Shown here in pieces: positions 9,038-18,515 of a DNA stretch of 64,000 nt. The notes under the pieces were generated by a model. It was not told the DNA's origin. It made no database searches and saw only the letters and a list, made by a program, of their open reading frames with translations. The translations under genes were made by a program, and so were the position numbers. Origin of the DNA: Polyangiaceae bacterium. Lineage in GTDB: Bacteria > Myxococcota_A > Polyangia > Polyangiales > Polyangiaceae. Where the stretch lies: assembly GCA_044376115.1 (NCBI GenBank), contig JBILLK010000018.1, positions 64,001 through 128,000 of the forward strand, given 5' to 3'. Numbering within the stretch: the stretch's first letter is position 1; every line of letters begins with the position of its first letter.

Positions 9038-10975
9038 ATGGCAGCGTGCCTGGTTTGCGGATTCGAGGGGGACCCTCGAGTTCAGCCAGCCCAGTCCTCC
9101 CAGGGTCACTCCGGGAGTGCTGGTAAGCCCCTTTGCATCCGTTGTGGGGCGTTGCTTCCCACGGCGGATCAAGATGCGCGCCGACGAGCTCAAAGAACCA
9201 TGCTCGGTGGAGCCCTTGCGCCGCCCTCACAACCCGCGGACTCGAGCCCGCTTTCAGAGCTAACGCGCACAGCCGTGATGTCGCGCCCACCTGTGACGCT
9301 TCCTACTGAAGGGACCAGCCCAGGTTTCGCGCCGCTGCTCGACGCCAACGCTGCCACCATCGTAGATACGCCAGACTTCCACTCGTTGCGTCGGACGATG
9401 CCGATCGATCCGAAAGCGGCACCGCCGAATCCAGCGCACCCGAGTGCGCGCGCGCCCGTCGCGGGCGCCCCCGTCGCAGGCGCCCCCGCCTCACGCGGGC
9501 AAGGCACACTGCTGGGGGTCGCGCGGCCCGGTATTGCACCGCTTTCGGCCTCGGTGCCACCCCGGGTCGAGGCCCAACCCGCTGCGTACAGTCAGGCGCC
9601 ACCCGCGTATCAACCGTTTGAGGAGTTGGGCGCGACCGCGCAGGTACCGCGAAAGATCCAGCAGAACGTCGCCAAGGAGCTGCAGAAGGCGCGCATTCCA
9701 GTTGCGGAGGTTCATCCGCTTGGCAAGCGGAGGATCGACCGTGCGGTGAAGCCTGCTGCTCCGAAACAGCGAGCGAGCCGGCGGCCGTTGCTATTGCTCG
9801 GAGCGGCGGTGATCGTCGTCGTGGCAGCGGTCGCGCTGGCGTTGTTTTGGCCGCGTGCGGCACCGATCGAGGCGCGGGTACGCGCGGCGGACGGCGGGAA
9901 CGAAGTGCTCGATCTCACCTGCCCGAGCTGCCCGGACGGCACGACGATCAAGTCGAGGAGCTCCGAGGGAGTCGTCAAGGCGGGGCGGGTTTCGTTGCCG
10001 CTCCCTGCCCCGCTGCCGATCGGGGACTCGTCCATGAAGCTTTCTATCGATCGGCCGGGCAACGGTCGCGACGAGTCGGTCACCATTCCGGCGCGCGTGG
10101 CCTACCGCATCCGTCCGGACCTCGCCACGCTCGAGGCCGACTCGCCAAGCCTGCAGGTCGTGATCGAAGCAATGCCGGGGGCGAGCGTCATTTTGGATGG
10201 CGAGCCGGTGACGCTGCTCGAGGGTCGAGCCGTCAAGACGATCGACGTGCGCAAAGACATCACGGGGGCTGAGCCCGACGGAGCCGCTCAGTTGTCGCGC
10301 AAGATAACCTTCTCGGTCACTCCCCCAGGCGGAGATGAAGAGAAGGGCGTGGTTGCGGTGGCCGTGCCGATCCTACCGCTTACGATTGACGCGCCAGGCC
10401 GCGCGACCGTGACCGAGAAGCCCAACTTCTACCTATCCGGCCGAACCACACCAGGAGCAGAGATCGTCGTCGCTGGGCGAAGCCTGGGCGTAGCGAGGGA
10501 TGGCACCTTCGCCCAAACCATGAATGTCTCAAGCGTCGGCTCCACGGAAATTGAGGTCCGGGCAAAGATGGCAGGTCGCGCACCACGCCTGGTCCGAATC
10601 TCGGTCGAGCGAGTAGCCGATCTCAAGTCGGCGGTGCGCGCGTTCGAGAAACGAGCGCCAATTACGCTGGCGGAGGCCATCGCGGTACCAACCGAAAGCA
10701 AAGGAAAAGCGATCGTGCTGGTCGGGGAAGTGCTCGAAGCGCAGCAGGTTGGCGGCTTGACCAACATGGTACTGCGGCCGACCAAGCCGAGCTGTGGAGA
10801 TAGCTGCGTCGTGCGCATGGTGCAGGGTCGCACTGACCTCGGCTACTCGCGTGGCTCGCTCGTTCGGGCGTTCGGCTTCATCAATGGCGTGGTGACTCAA
10901 GATGGGAAGTCCGTCCCAGACATTGACGTATCGTTCTCGTTCGACGACCGCGAGCTGGACAAACCGAGGCCATGA
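9038..10975 (+). CDS. Membrane protein: Zn-ribbon, Pro-rich region, TM helix, extracellular Ig-like and OB-like domains
   Basis: CLVC...CIRC, TM segment LLLLGAAVIVVVAAVALALFW, beta-rich C-terminus. Confidence 0.7.
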   Translation: MAACLVCGFEGDPRVQPAQSSQGHSGSAGKPLCIRCGALLPTADQDARRRAQRTMLGGALAPPSQPADSSPLSELTRTAVMSRPPVTLPTEGTSPGFAPLLDANAATIVDTPDFHSLRRTMPIDPKAAPPNPAHPSARAPVAGAPVAGAPASRGQGTLLGVARPGIAPLSASVPPRVEAQPAAYSQAPPAYQPFEELGATAQVPRKIQQNVAKELQKARIPVAEVHPLGKRRIDRAVKPAAPKQRASRRPLLLLGAAVIVVVAAVALALFWPRAAPIEARVRAADGGNEVLDLTCPSCPDGTTIKSRSSEGVVKAGRVSLPLPAPLPIGDSSMKLSIDRPGNGRDESVTIPARVAYRIRPDLATLEADSPSLQVVIEAMPGASVILDGEPVTLLEGRAVKTIDVRKDITGAEPDGAAQLSRKITFSVTPPGGDEEKGVVAVAVPILPLTIDAPGRATVTEKPNFYLSGRTTPGAEIVVAGRSLGVARDGTFAQTMNVSSVGSTEIEVRAKMAGRAPRLVRISVERVADLKSAVRAFEKRAPITLAEAIAVPTESKGKAIVLVGEVLEAQQVGGLTNMVLRPTKPSCGDSCVVRMVQGRTDLGYSRGSLVRAFGFINGVVTQDGKSVPDIDVSFSFDDRELDKPRP

Positions 10976-13164
10976 GCTTCTCCGAGGACAGTCGGAGCGG
11001 CCGCTCCAGCGACGACGCAGGCATCGATGATCTCCGACGGTGCCCGCGCTGCGGAGAACGAGCAGCTGTGCTCAGCGATGGCGTCTGCGCGCGCTGCCGC
11101 TCTTTGGTGATAGCCAAAACCCTGCCGCACGGCATCACCAACCTCGAGGTCGAGAAGCTGCGCGTTTCGGTTGTGGACGGCGCGATCGATGACGCGCATC
11201 ACCGCGTTGATCCGCTGATCGGGCTGGTCGTCGCGGAGCGCTACCGCATTGTCGAGCCCCTTGGCCGCGGCGGGATGGGAGTCGTCTACAAAGTCGAGCA
11301 TGTTCGAATCGGAAAGCTGCTCGCGATGAAGCTGCTTGCCGGTGAGCTATCGCGCAATCAGGAGGTTGTGCGGCGCTTCAAGACCGAGGCGCTTACGGCC
11401 TCGAGGTTGTCATCGCCCAATACGGTGCAAGTGTTTGACTACGGGGTATCGGACGGCTTGACCTACCTCGTCATGGAGCTCGTTGCCGGGGACGACTTAG
11501 GCCGCGTGTTGCGCCACGCCGTAACGCTGCCGGCCAACCGTATGGGGGCGCTCGCAATCCAGATCGGTAACTCTCTAGCCGAGGCGCATACCAAGGGCAT
11601 CGTCCACCGAGACATCAAGCCCGAAAACGTCATGCTGGTCAAAACGCGGGACAACTCCGAGCTAGCCAAGGTGCTGGACTTTGGGTTGGCCAAGCTACGT
11701 GAAGGCTCTGAGCTCTCCGAACTCACGAGTCAGGGAGCAATCGTCGGAACTCCCTACTTCATGTCCCCGGAGCAGATTCGCGGAGAGGCCGTTGACGCTC
11801 GCAGCGACATCTACTCGCTGGGCGCGCTCATGTATCGCGCGCTCACTGGCCTCTACCCGTTCAATGGCCCGACGCCGATGAGCGTCTTCGCCAAGCATCT
11901 GACCGAGGAAGTAACGCCGCCACACCTCATCAACCCAGCCATCTCACTGGGAATGAGCAAGATCGTGGAAAGGACGTTAGCCAAAGAGCCGGGGGACCGG
12001 TACCAGCGGGTTGATGATTTGCAATCAGCGCTGGTGGCTGAGCTCGCGGATCTGGGTGCTTCGAACGCAGAGGCGCTGCTCGACTCAGGCGCCATTCGCA
12101 ATCTGGAAAAGCCGGTCACGGCACAAGCTGCGATCGAAGCGATTGCAACTCGCGATGAAGTCGAGAGCTATGAACGCAGCCTCAAGCGCACTCGGGTTGG
12201 CGCGTGGTTTACGGTAATTGCATTGCTCTTGGGTGGGTTGGCCTTCGGGGCGCACAGACTCCTGACCGATCGCGAACAACGATTCGAGGGGGATGAGTCG
12301 GAGCCGAACAACGAGGTCGCGCAAGCGAACGACATTCCGTTTGGGACGCCCGTGCGTGCCCAGCTCGGCAAGCGGGTCTCCGCCACCGAAAGCGACATCG
12401 ACTTCTTCAACGTCGTTGTCCCGGAAGCAGATGTACCGGCATCGCTGTTGATGCGCTCATTGCCCAACATCCCGTTATGCGTGCAGGTCTTCCAAAAGGG
12501 CCTGACCACACCCAACGCCCAATATTGTGCGGGCCGGTCGAATTTGGACCTCGAGATACCTGCCTTGCGGCTCGCCGCTGGAGCCTACGTCCTCGCGGTC
12601 ATTCAAGACTTGGACGGCTACGGGGAATCACGAGCGCCCGTGCACGAAAACGTTTCCGACTACTATTCGATCGTACTCGGACCGGGCGTTGAAACAGAGG
12701 GCTTCGAGGTCGAGCCCAACGACGACGCCGCTCATTCAACGATGGTCGCAATCGGGCAAACGATTCGCGGGACACTGGGCTGGGTCAACGACCAAGACAT
12801 CGTCTGTGCCGACGTCCAAGCCAACGCTCGCTTCCGCTTTCGCATCGACGATGACGCGCGGGATGCTGGCACCGTGTTGGCCGTCTCCGTCCTTCGAGGT
12901 GGAGAGGAAGGAGCGGCAATAAGGGTTCATGCAGACCGACAACGCAAGGCCACCCCGTCCGACGTTCCAAGCCCTTACAGCGGAATCACCTTTCAAGGGC
13001 TCACGGCCTCGTGCCTGAAGCTTCGGGTCGTCCCTTCTGCCAACGCGCCGCTCGCCCCACCAACGGCTGGCTCCGCTAGCGCAGCCGTAGCGCCGAGCGG
13101 ACCACCGCTCGTTCCACGTGGTAGCAAGGCCCAATACCGCATTAGCGTGGAACCAGTACCTTGA
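10972..13164 (+). CDS. Hanks-type Ser/Thr kinase with TM helix and extracellular PPC-like (EPND) repeats
   Basis: LGRGGMG, HRDIKPEN, DFGLAK, GTPYFMSPEQ; ESEPNN and EVEPND repeats. Confidence 0.93.
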   Translation: MSFSEDSRSGRSSDDAGIDDLRRCPRCGERAAVLSDGVCARCRSLVIAKTLPHGITNLEVEKLRVSVVDGAIDDAHHRVDPLIGLVVAERYRIVEPLGRGGMGVVYKVEHVRIGKLLAMKLLAGELSRNQEVVRRFKTEALTASRLSSPNTVQVFDYGVSDGLTYLVMELVAGDDLGRVLRHAVTLPANRMGALAIQIGNSLAEAHTKGIVHRDIKPENVMLVKTRDNSELAKVLDFGLAKLREGSELSELTSQGAIVGTPYFMSPEQIRGEAVDARSDIYSLGALMYRALTGLYPFNGPTPMSVFAKHLTEEVTPPHLINPAISLGMSKIVERTLAKEPGDRYQRVDDLQSALVAELADLGASNAEALLDSGAIRNLEKPVTAQAAIEAIATRDEVESYERSLKRTRVGAWFTVIALLLGGLAFGAHRLLTDREQRFEGDESEPNNEVAQANDIPFGTPVRAQLGKRVSATESDIDFFNVVVPEADVPASLLMRSLPNIPLCVQVFQKGLTTPNAQYCAGRSNLDLEIPALRLAAGAYVLAVIQDLDGYGESRAPVHENVSDYYSIVLGPGVETEGFEVEPNDDAAHSTMVAIGQTIRGTLGWVNDQDIVCADVQANARFRFRIDDDARDAGTVLAVSVLRGGEEGAAIRVHADRQRKATPSDVPSPYSGITFQGLTASCLKLRVVPSANAPLAPPTAGSASAAVAPSGPPLVPRGSKAQYRISVEPVP

Positions 13165-14429
13165 AGACGCGGCTAGGACACTGGGCGATAGTGCTGCTTC
13201 TCGGAACCAGCTTATCGGCTGTCGAAGCTGAGACGCTCGACCCTGCGTTCCCCGAGCCGCTCGCGCTTGGCGAACCGGGGGGGCTGCTTCCGTCTGAGCG
13301 GATCAACCGCGAAAGAACCAACCGTTCGAACTTCACGCTGCCATCCGCGCTCGACGAGATCGGACGCACTCAGGTAGGTGCGTTCGTCTTGCCACCAACG
13401 ATCGATGAGGAGGGCCAAGCGCTGATCAGTACCCTCTCGTCGGAGGTCGTCACGCTCCCTCTAGGCTGCATCGGCGATACCACTGCCGGCTGTGCGAACC
13501 GCCAACCCGAGCGGCGCCGCATCGGCAGCTCGCCGGCAACAGTGCCGATGATCCGACTCTCGAGCGGCAAGACAGCACTGCTCGTTGGCTCGCCGGCGCT
13601 CGTCATCCTCGCGCCCGACGGCACACTCGAGACGACGGTCGCGTTGCCACGCGGAGCCTTTCCGACTGGACCCAGTCACACCGATGCGAGCGTTGCCTTG
13701 GTCGCCACGCTCGACGGCGGGCTTTTGCTAACCGCCCAGCGGCTGCTCCTCGTCATCGATTCGGACGGTCGCATCCTGACCAAGACGACGCTCCCGGATC
13801 GCCTGGCCTCCCCCGTAATGCCATTTAGCGATGGCTTCGTTGGGGTCCTGGAATCCGGCTTCGTGGTGACGATCCGGCCCCCACTGGCCCCAGAAGTATT
13901 GGGCACGGTTGGGACGATCGTGCCGCGCTCTGCCATCCTGATCGATCAACAAACGTTGCTGGTGACCACCCCCACGCAGCGGGCAGTCACCTTCAATCTT
14001 GTCGCACGCAAAGCCTCTACTTCGGTCGCGGATCTTCAGACTCCACTGCACTCAGCACCATCGTTCGCGGCGGACGGCTCGGTTTGGGTGGTTGGGCTCG
14101 ATGGCATGGTGCTGGGGCTCTCGAAAGAGGGGCAACGCAACGTCGCCGTTCCTCCGGAGAAGGGGCTCCCAGCGAATCGTGGCCCCGAAGAGCTGTTTGG
14201 CGCAGGGAACCTCTCGCCGCTCCTGGACCGAGAGGGGACGGTTGCCTTTGCCCGACCGGGCGGGCGGCTCGGACTCATTCAGGGTGGCAAGCTCAGCGCA
14301 ACCACCGACCGAGCCTGCAGCGTTCCCGTGTTCCTAACGTTGATAGCGGACAACGACCTTTTGGTCGGTTGTCGGGACGGCACCTTGATCCGCTTCGGCG
14401 AGCCGAAGCGGCCAGCCGTCCAACCTTAA
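13161..14429 (+). CDS. Secreted PQQ-like beta-propeller protein
   Basis: Signal peptide and propeller-like repeats; overlaps the kinase stop codon. Confidence 0.6.
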   Translation: MKTRLGHWAIVLLLGTSLSAVEAETLDPAFPEPLALGEPGGLLPSERINRERTNRSNFTLPSALDEIGRTQVGAFVLPPTIDEEGQALISTLSSEVVTLPLGCIGDTTAGCANRQPERRRIGSSPATVPMIRLSSGKTALLVGSPALVILAPDGTLETTVALPRGAFPTGPSHTDASVALVATLDGGLLLTAQRLLLVIDSDGRILTKTTLPDRLASPVMPFSDGFVGVLESGFVVTIRPPLAPEVLGTVGTIVPRSAILIDQQTLLVTTPTQRAVTFNLVARKASTSVADLQTPLHSAPSFAADGSVWVVGLDGMVLGLSKEGQRNVAVPPEKGLPANRGPEELFGAGNLSPLLDREGTVAFARPGGRLGLIQGGKLSATTDRACSVPVFLTLIADNDLLVGCRDGTLIRFGEPKRPAVQP

Positions 14430-14744
14430 CTACGAGATTTCACCGTTCTTCGCCTTGGCGATCCAAACGACGATCTCGCGTTCAATCACCTCGAGAGCCA
14501 TTGAGCGAAAGGGTCGCAGGAGAAACGGCACGTCGAGATCGAGGGTGATGTCCTTATCGAGCACCTCCACCTTGCCCTCGAGGCTGACCCCTTTCACGCG
14601 GAAGCTGACGTTGGCGCTGAAGTCCCCAGTCCAGACCGTCTTCGGGTTGTACTCGGTGTACTTTGCTGCGTAGGCCTCAAACGCAGCGGCAGTAACCTTC
14701 TTGGCGAGATCTCGTCCGAGACCATGCGTCACTCGATGCTCCAT
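14430..14744 (-). CDS. Polyhydroxyalkanoic acid system (PHA_gran_rgn-like) small protein
   Basis: HGLG...W.G...LDLDVPFLLRPF pattern. Confidence 0.65.
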   Translation of the reverse strand: MEHRVTHGLGRDLAKKVTAAAFEAYAAKYTEYNPKTVWTGDFSANVSFRVKGVSLEGKVEVLDKDITLDLDVPFLLRPFRSMALEVIEREIVVWIAKAKNGEIS

Positions 14745-14862
14745 GAATCACCTCGTTGTAGCGCGGCAGCGTACTCAATGAAGCCTGCCGAAGTCGAAGG
14801 TTCGCGCCTCCTCCTTTGAAGAAACTGGGCCATATTGGAACTCTCGGGGCAGATTGCGCGCG

Positions 14863-16482
14863 ATGAGAGCGACCCGGTACTTTGGTGCAGTTAGTGCGCT
14901 GTTCTTGGCGATTTCCTGTGGCGGAAGCGCAGCCCCAACCACTTCACAGGCGAACGTCGTCGAGGCGCAGGTTGCTCCCACTTCGGAATCGACGGACCGC
15001 GAAGCGACCGAAACCGAGGTGGCAAAGGTTGTTGCGCAAGAAGAGAAGCAAGCCAAAGAGCCGGATGGCCCGCGCATCGGCGCGCTAGGCCCGCACACCT
15101 GGATCTGGAAGAAGCCCGAGCGCAAGGGACTGGCCATCGGCAAGATGCGGATCGGGACCACAGTAAAGCTCAAGTCCACCCAGCCGCTCGATGGCCCCGG
15201 CTGCCGCGGCAAGTGGTACTCGATTGAGCCGCGCGGCTACGTTTGTGACGACGATACGGCCACGCTCGACCTGGACGATCCCAACTTCAAAGCCCTGGCT
15301 GACTCGGCGCCGGACAATGGAGTCTGGCCTTATCGCTACGCCCACTCCAACGGCACTCCAATGTACAGCCGGGTGCCGTCAAAAGAAGAATGGGAGAAGG
15401 CCGAACGCGAATATGGGCCGGTCAACACCTGGAAGCCGCTCGGAGCCTGGGCCATCGGCCACGAGGAGAACATCGTTGATGAGCCGATCAAGGCGACAGA
15501 CGAGCGTCCGTACTTCATTGACGAGCAGGGCAAGCGCACGGCGCCGGGACGCAACTACAACACCAAGCTGTTGGTTTGGAAGCGCATGCCGGCCGGCTCG
15601 ATGTTGGCCTATTCGAGAGCCTTTGAGATGCACGGTCGCGTTTGGCTGCTGACGCCTGACACAATGATCGTTCCGGCGGATCGCGTGAGCGATATGAAGC
15701 GGTCAGAGTTTGAGGCTGTGCACTTCGATAAGACCGAAATGCGGCTTCCCTTTGCCTGGAATCGCTCCAAAAAGCCGATCTCGCTCTACCGCAAAGACGA
15801 GGCCGGGAACTTTGTCGCAACGGCAGCAACGCTAGCGCCCAAGTCACCGATCGAGATCACCGATACCGAAGTAAAAAAAGACGGCTTTCTCTACTTCGAG
15901 CTACGGCACGAGCCTGGCGTCTACGTCGGCCGTAGCGACGCTCCCGAGAAGCAGCTGGACGGTGACGTCACCATCACGCGGCAAGCAACCAAGGTCCCCA
16001 ACGGGATCGCGGAGGGAGAAAAGTGGATCCAAGTTCGCGTCGTCCCAGGAACTTTGACCGCTTATGATGGGTTGACGCCGGTGATGACCACCCTGTTCTC
16101 ACCGGGCAAAGGGGGCCCGCCCCTCCCAAGCTACAAGTTCCCCGAGGACCACTCAAAGTATGCAACGACCGCCTTGGGCCACTTCCCCATCGAGTGGAAA
16201 GAGCGCGTTGCCACCATGTCGAACGAAAAGGGGGAGCCCAAGGTGTTGTGGTTTACCGACGTACCGCACCAGCAATACCTCAAGGCGCCGCTGGCGATGC
16301 ACGTCACCTACTGGCATGAGGACTTTGGTAAGCGCAAGAGCGCTGAGTGCCTGAATGTCTCGCCGCGCGACGGAGAGTGGCTCTTCAATTGGACCGATCC
16401 CGTCCTGCCCGACGGCTGGAACGCCATCGGTGCGGGGCAAGGCAACGGTAAGAGCACCCCGATCTCAGTTACTGCAAACTGA
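14863..16482 (+). CDS. L,D-transpeptidase family lipoprotein
   Basis: Lipobox AISC; C-terminal MHVTYWHEDFGKRKSAECLNVSPRD. Confidence 0.8.
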   Translation: MRATRYFGAVSALFLAISCGGSAAPTTSQANVVEAQVAPTSESTDREATETEVAKVVAQEEKQAKEPDGPRIGALGPHTWIWKKPERKGLAIGKMRIGTTVKLKSTQPLDGPGCRGKWYSIEPRGYVCDDDTATLDLDDPNFKALADSAPDNGVWPYRYAHSNGTPMYSRVPSKEEWEKAEREYGPVNTWKPLGAWAIGHEENIVDEPIKATDERPYFIDEQGKRTAPGRNYNTKLLVWKRMPAGSMLAYSRAFEMHGRVWLLTPDTMIVPADRVSDMKRSEFEAVHFDKTEMRLPFAWNRSKKPISLYRKDEAGNFVATAATLAPKSPIEITDTEVKKDGFLYFELRHEPGVYVGRSDAPEKQLDGDVTITRQATKVPNGIAEGEKWIQVRVVPGTLTAYDGLTPVMTTLFSPGKGGPPLPSYKFPEDHSKYATTALGHFPIEWKERVATMSNEKGEPKVLWFTDVPHQQYLKAPLAMHVTYWHEDFGKRKSAECLNVSPRDGEWLFNWTDPVLPDGWNAIGAGQGNGKSTPISVTAN

Positions 16483-17805
16483 AGCACGGCGCGCCTGACG
16501 GCGCCGCCGGCGACGGAGCGCGACCGCGACGAACAAGAGGGAAAGGGCGCCGGCCTTCTTGTTCGGTTGGTCATACCTGCATTGGCAACCGCCGCTGCCA
16601 CCATCGTCGCCCCCCGTCGTGGAACCGCTGGATGAGCTGTTGGTTGAGCTGCCCACGGGAGCACAGGTATCGGTCTGCAGGATCTGTTTCTGAGCAGCCC
16701 ACGGCGCCGGACATGCGGACTGAATCGAGGAGTCGTCCGCACAATTGGGGTCGGGCCCCTCGAGACATGGGAGGTGATGGATCGCTTCGATCGTCGTCCC
16801 TCCGTCCTGGCTCTTGCCGATCGTGAATTCGGCGGCGGCTTCACGCCCGCAAACGAACAATGCGTCGTTGGTCCAGGTCAAACAACGAACCCCGACCTCG
16901 TTCACCTGGGCAAACGCGAAGTCACTGGTATTGGCGCCCCAAATACCGTCCTCATCGCCGCCGACGCGAAGCTCGCTCCCGTCAGGAGAGAGCGCGAATC
17001 CGAGGAGCTTGCCCTTGCCAGTAAAGACCTCCTGCCAGCTATCCCCATAGTCTTTGGTCACCAGCAAGCGACCCGCTAGTGAGGCGAGCCTCAGGTACGC
17101 AGTGCCAGGGGACGCAGGATCGATCGCCGCAAGGTAGGGACCAGAATCATTGAGGCTGTTGGGTATGGGCTTGATCGTCCAGGTCTCTCCGCCGTCCAGG
17201 GAAAGCGCCAATTTGCCGACGTACTCACTGCTGGAAACAACTTCAAAGCCACTTACGTACAGCACTGAAGCATCCGAAGGCGCCGCATCGAGGGTCAGCC
17301 CGAGAAAGTTGGTTGGGAGTGATTGGCCCTGCTTAGACCAACTGAGCCCACCGTCCGACGTCGAGAAAACCCGTGTCTCGAACATGCTCCCGCCAAGCCC
17401 GTTGGAATGAATGACAATCGCGCTATCGGTTGCACTCTTGAGCGCGGAAACATCAACCACGTACTTATCGGCCAGCTCGCCAGGAACCAGGGCGTAGTCG
17501 CACTTGTCCGGAGTCGAGATCACGAGACCGTCAAACACCCCGGCCAACAAAACGCCGTTGCCCATGAGCGCAATCGGGGGATCGAGGATTCCACCGTAAA
17601 ACGCGGCTTCCTCGCAGGTCCACTGCCACGAGGTGCCGCCGTCGAGCGAATGGATGAACCCGTACGTCGTCTGCACTGCAATATCGTTCGGGTTCTCGGG
17701 ATTGACGACCAACTGCTGGGCATCGGGAAAGCGCCCGTTTGCGTGAGCTTCGAGGGGAGCCAACGTTGCAATGAGAGTCACCAAACCGATTCGGACGATC
17801 TTCAT
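16465..17805 (-). CDS. BNR/Asp-box beta-propeller protein with MYXO-CTERM sorting signal
   Basis: SxDGGxxW repeats; GGCQC followed by a hydrophobic segment and RRRRRR. Confidence 0.85.
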   Translation of the reverse strand: MKIVRIGLVTLIATLAPLEAHANGRFPDAQQLVVNPENPNDIAVQTTYGFIHSLDGGTSWQWTCEEAAFYGGILDPPIALMGNGVLLAGVFDGLVISTPDKCDYALVPGELADKYVVDVSALKSATDSAIVIHSNGLGGSMFETRVFSTSDGGLSWSKQGQSLPTNFLGLTLDAAPSDASVLYVSGFEVVSSSEYVGKLALSLDGGETWTIKPIPNSLNDSGPYLAAIDPASPGTAYLRLASLAGRLLVTKDYGDSWQEVFTGKGKLLGFALSPDGSELRVGGDEDGIWGANTSDFAFAQVNEVGVRCLTWTNDALFVCGREAAAEFTIGKSQDGGTTIEAIHHLPCLEGPDPNCADDSSIQSACPAPWAAQKQILQTDTCAPVGSSTNSSSSGSTTGGDDGGSGGCQCRYDQPNKKAGALSLLFVAVALRRRRRRQARRASVCSN

Positions 17806-18515
17806 GGCAGCCGCAGGAAGGTTAGCAAGTCAGCCAGGTCTTCATCGCTCAGGACGTTGAGGGAGAACGGCGGCATGGTGCCACCGTACCCGAGAAACCC
17901 GCCGTGGCGTGTCTTCTCCACAAACACGAGTCGACGATCTTCATCCGAGTACTCAGGTTCTGGATGGGCAGCCAGCGTGTCCTGAGGCAGACGGTCCGCT
18001 GAAGGGACAATCGCACCGAGGCCACTGCTCGGAGCCCCGTGACAAGAACGACACGCAGCGTCGAACACCTTGGAGCCACGAGCGGCGTCGCCAGGTTTTG
18101 GATCTTTCACCTCGCCAAGCTCGAACGGCTGTGGCGCCGCGCCCTCCTCGTCCTGCGAGATCGACTCGAGGAACGCATAGGTTGCCACGGCTTCATCCTC
18201 GTCTCCGGTCCAATAGACATTGGCCGCCATGAAGTAATAACGGCAGTGATTGATGCTGCGCAGCAGATCAATCTCGGCTCCGCCCCAGTAAGAGGGGCGC
18301 TTGGTGACGCCCTTGAGCGAGCCACCCGAGAGAAAGCTGGTCTCTAACGTCGTCGAATGGCAATCGGTACACGAGACTCGGTTGGAAGCAGCATCGGAAA
18401 GCGCTGGGTCTGAGAAAAGCTTCTCGCCATACTCTGCGGCTGACAGCGTAACGACGACAGGCTCAGGATCACACCCAGAGACGAGAGCGAACAGCGCCAG
18501 GTAGAGGTACCTCAT
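17802..18515 (-). CDS. Diheme c-type cytochrome lipoprotein (TsdA/SoxA-like)
   Basis: CTDCH and CRSCH heme motifs, SINHC, distal MPPF. Confidence 0.8.
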   Translation of the reverse strand: MRYLYLALFALVSGCDPEPVVVTLSAAEYGEKLFSDPALSDAASNRVSCTDCHSTTLETSFLSGGSLKGVTKRPSYWGGAEIDLLRSINHCRYYFMAANVYWTGDEDEAVATYAFLESISQDEEGAAPQPFELGEVKDPKPGDAARGSKVFDAACRSCHGAPSSGLGAIVPSADRLPQDTLAAHPEPEYSDEDRRLVFVEKTRHGGFLGYGGTMPPFSLNVLSDEDLADLLTFLRLP

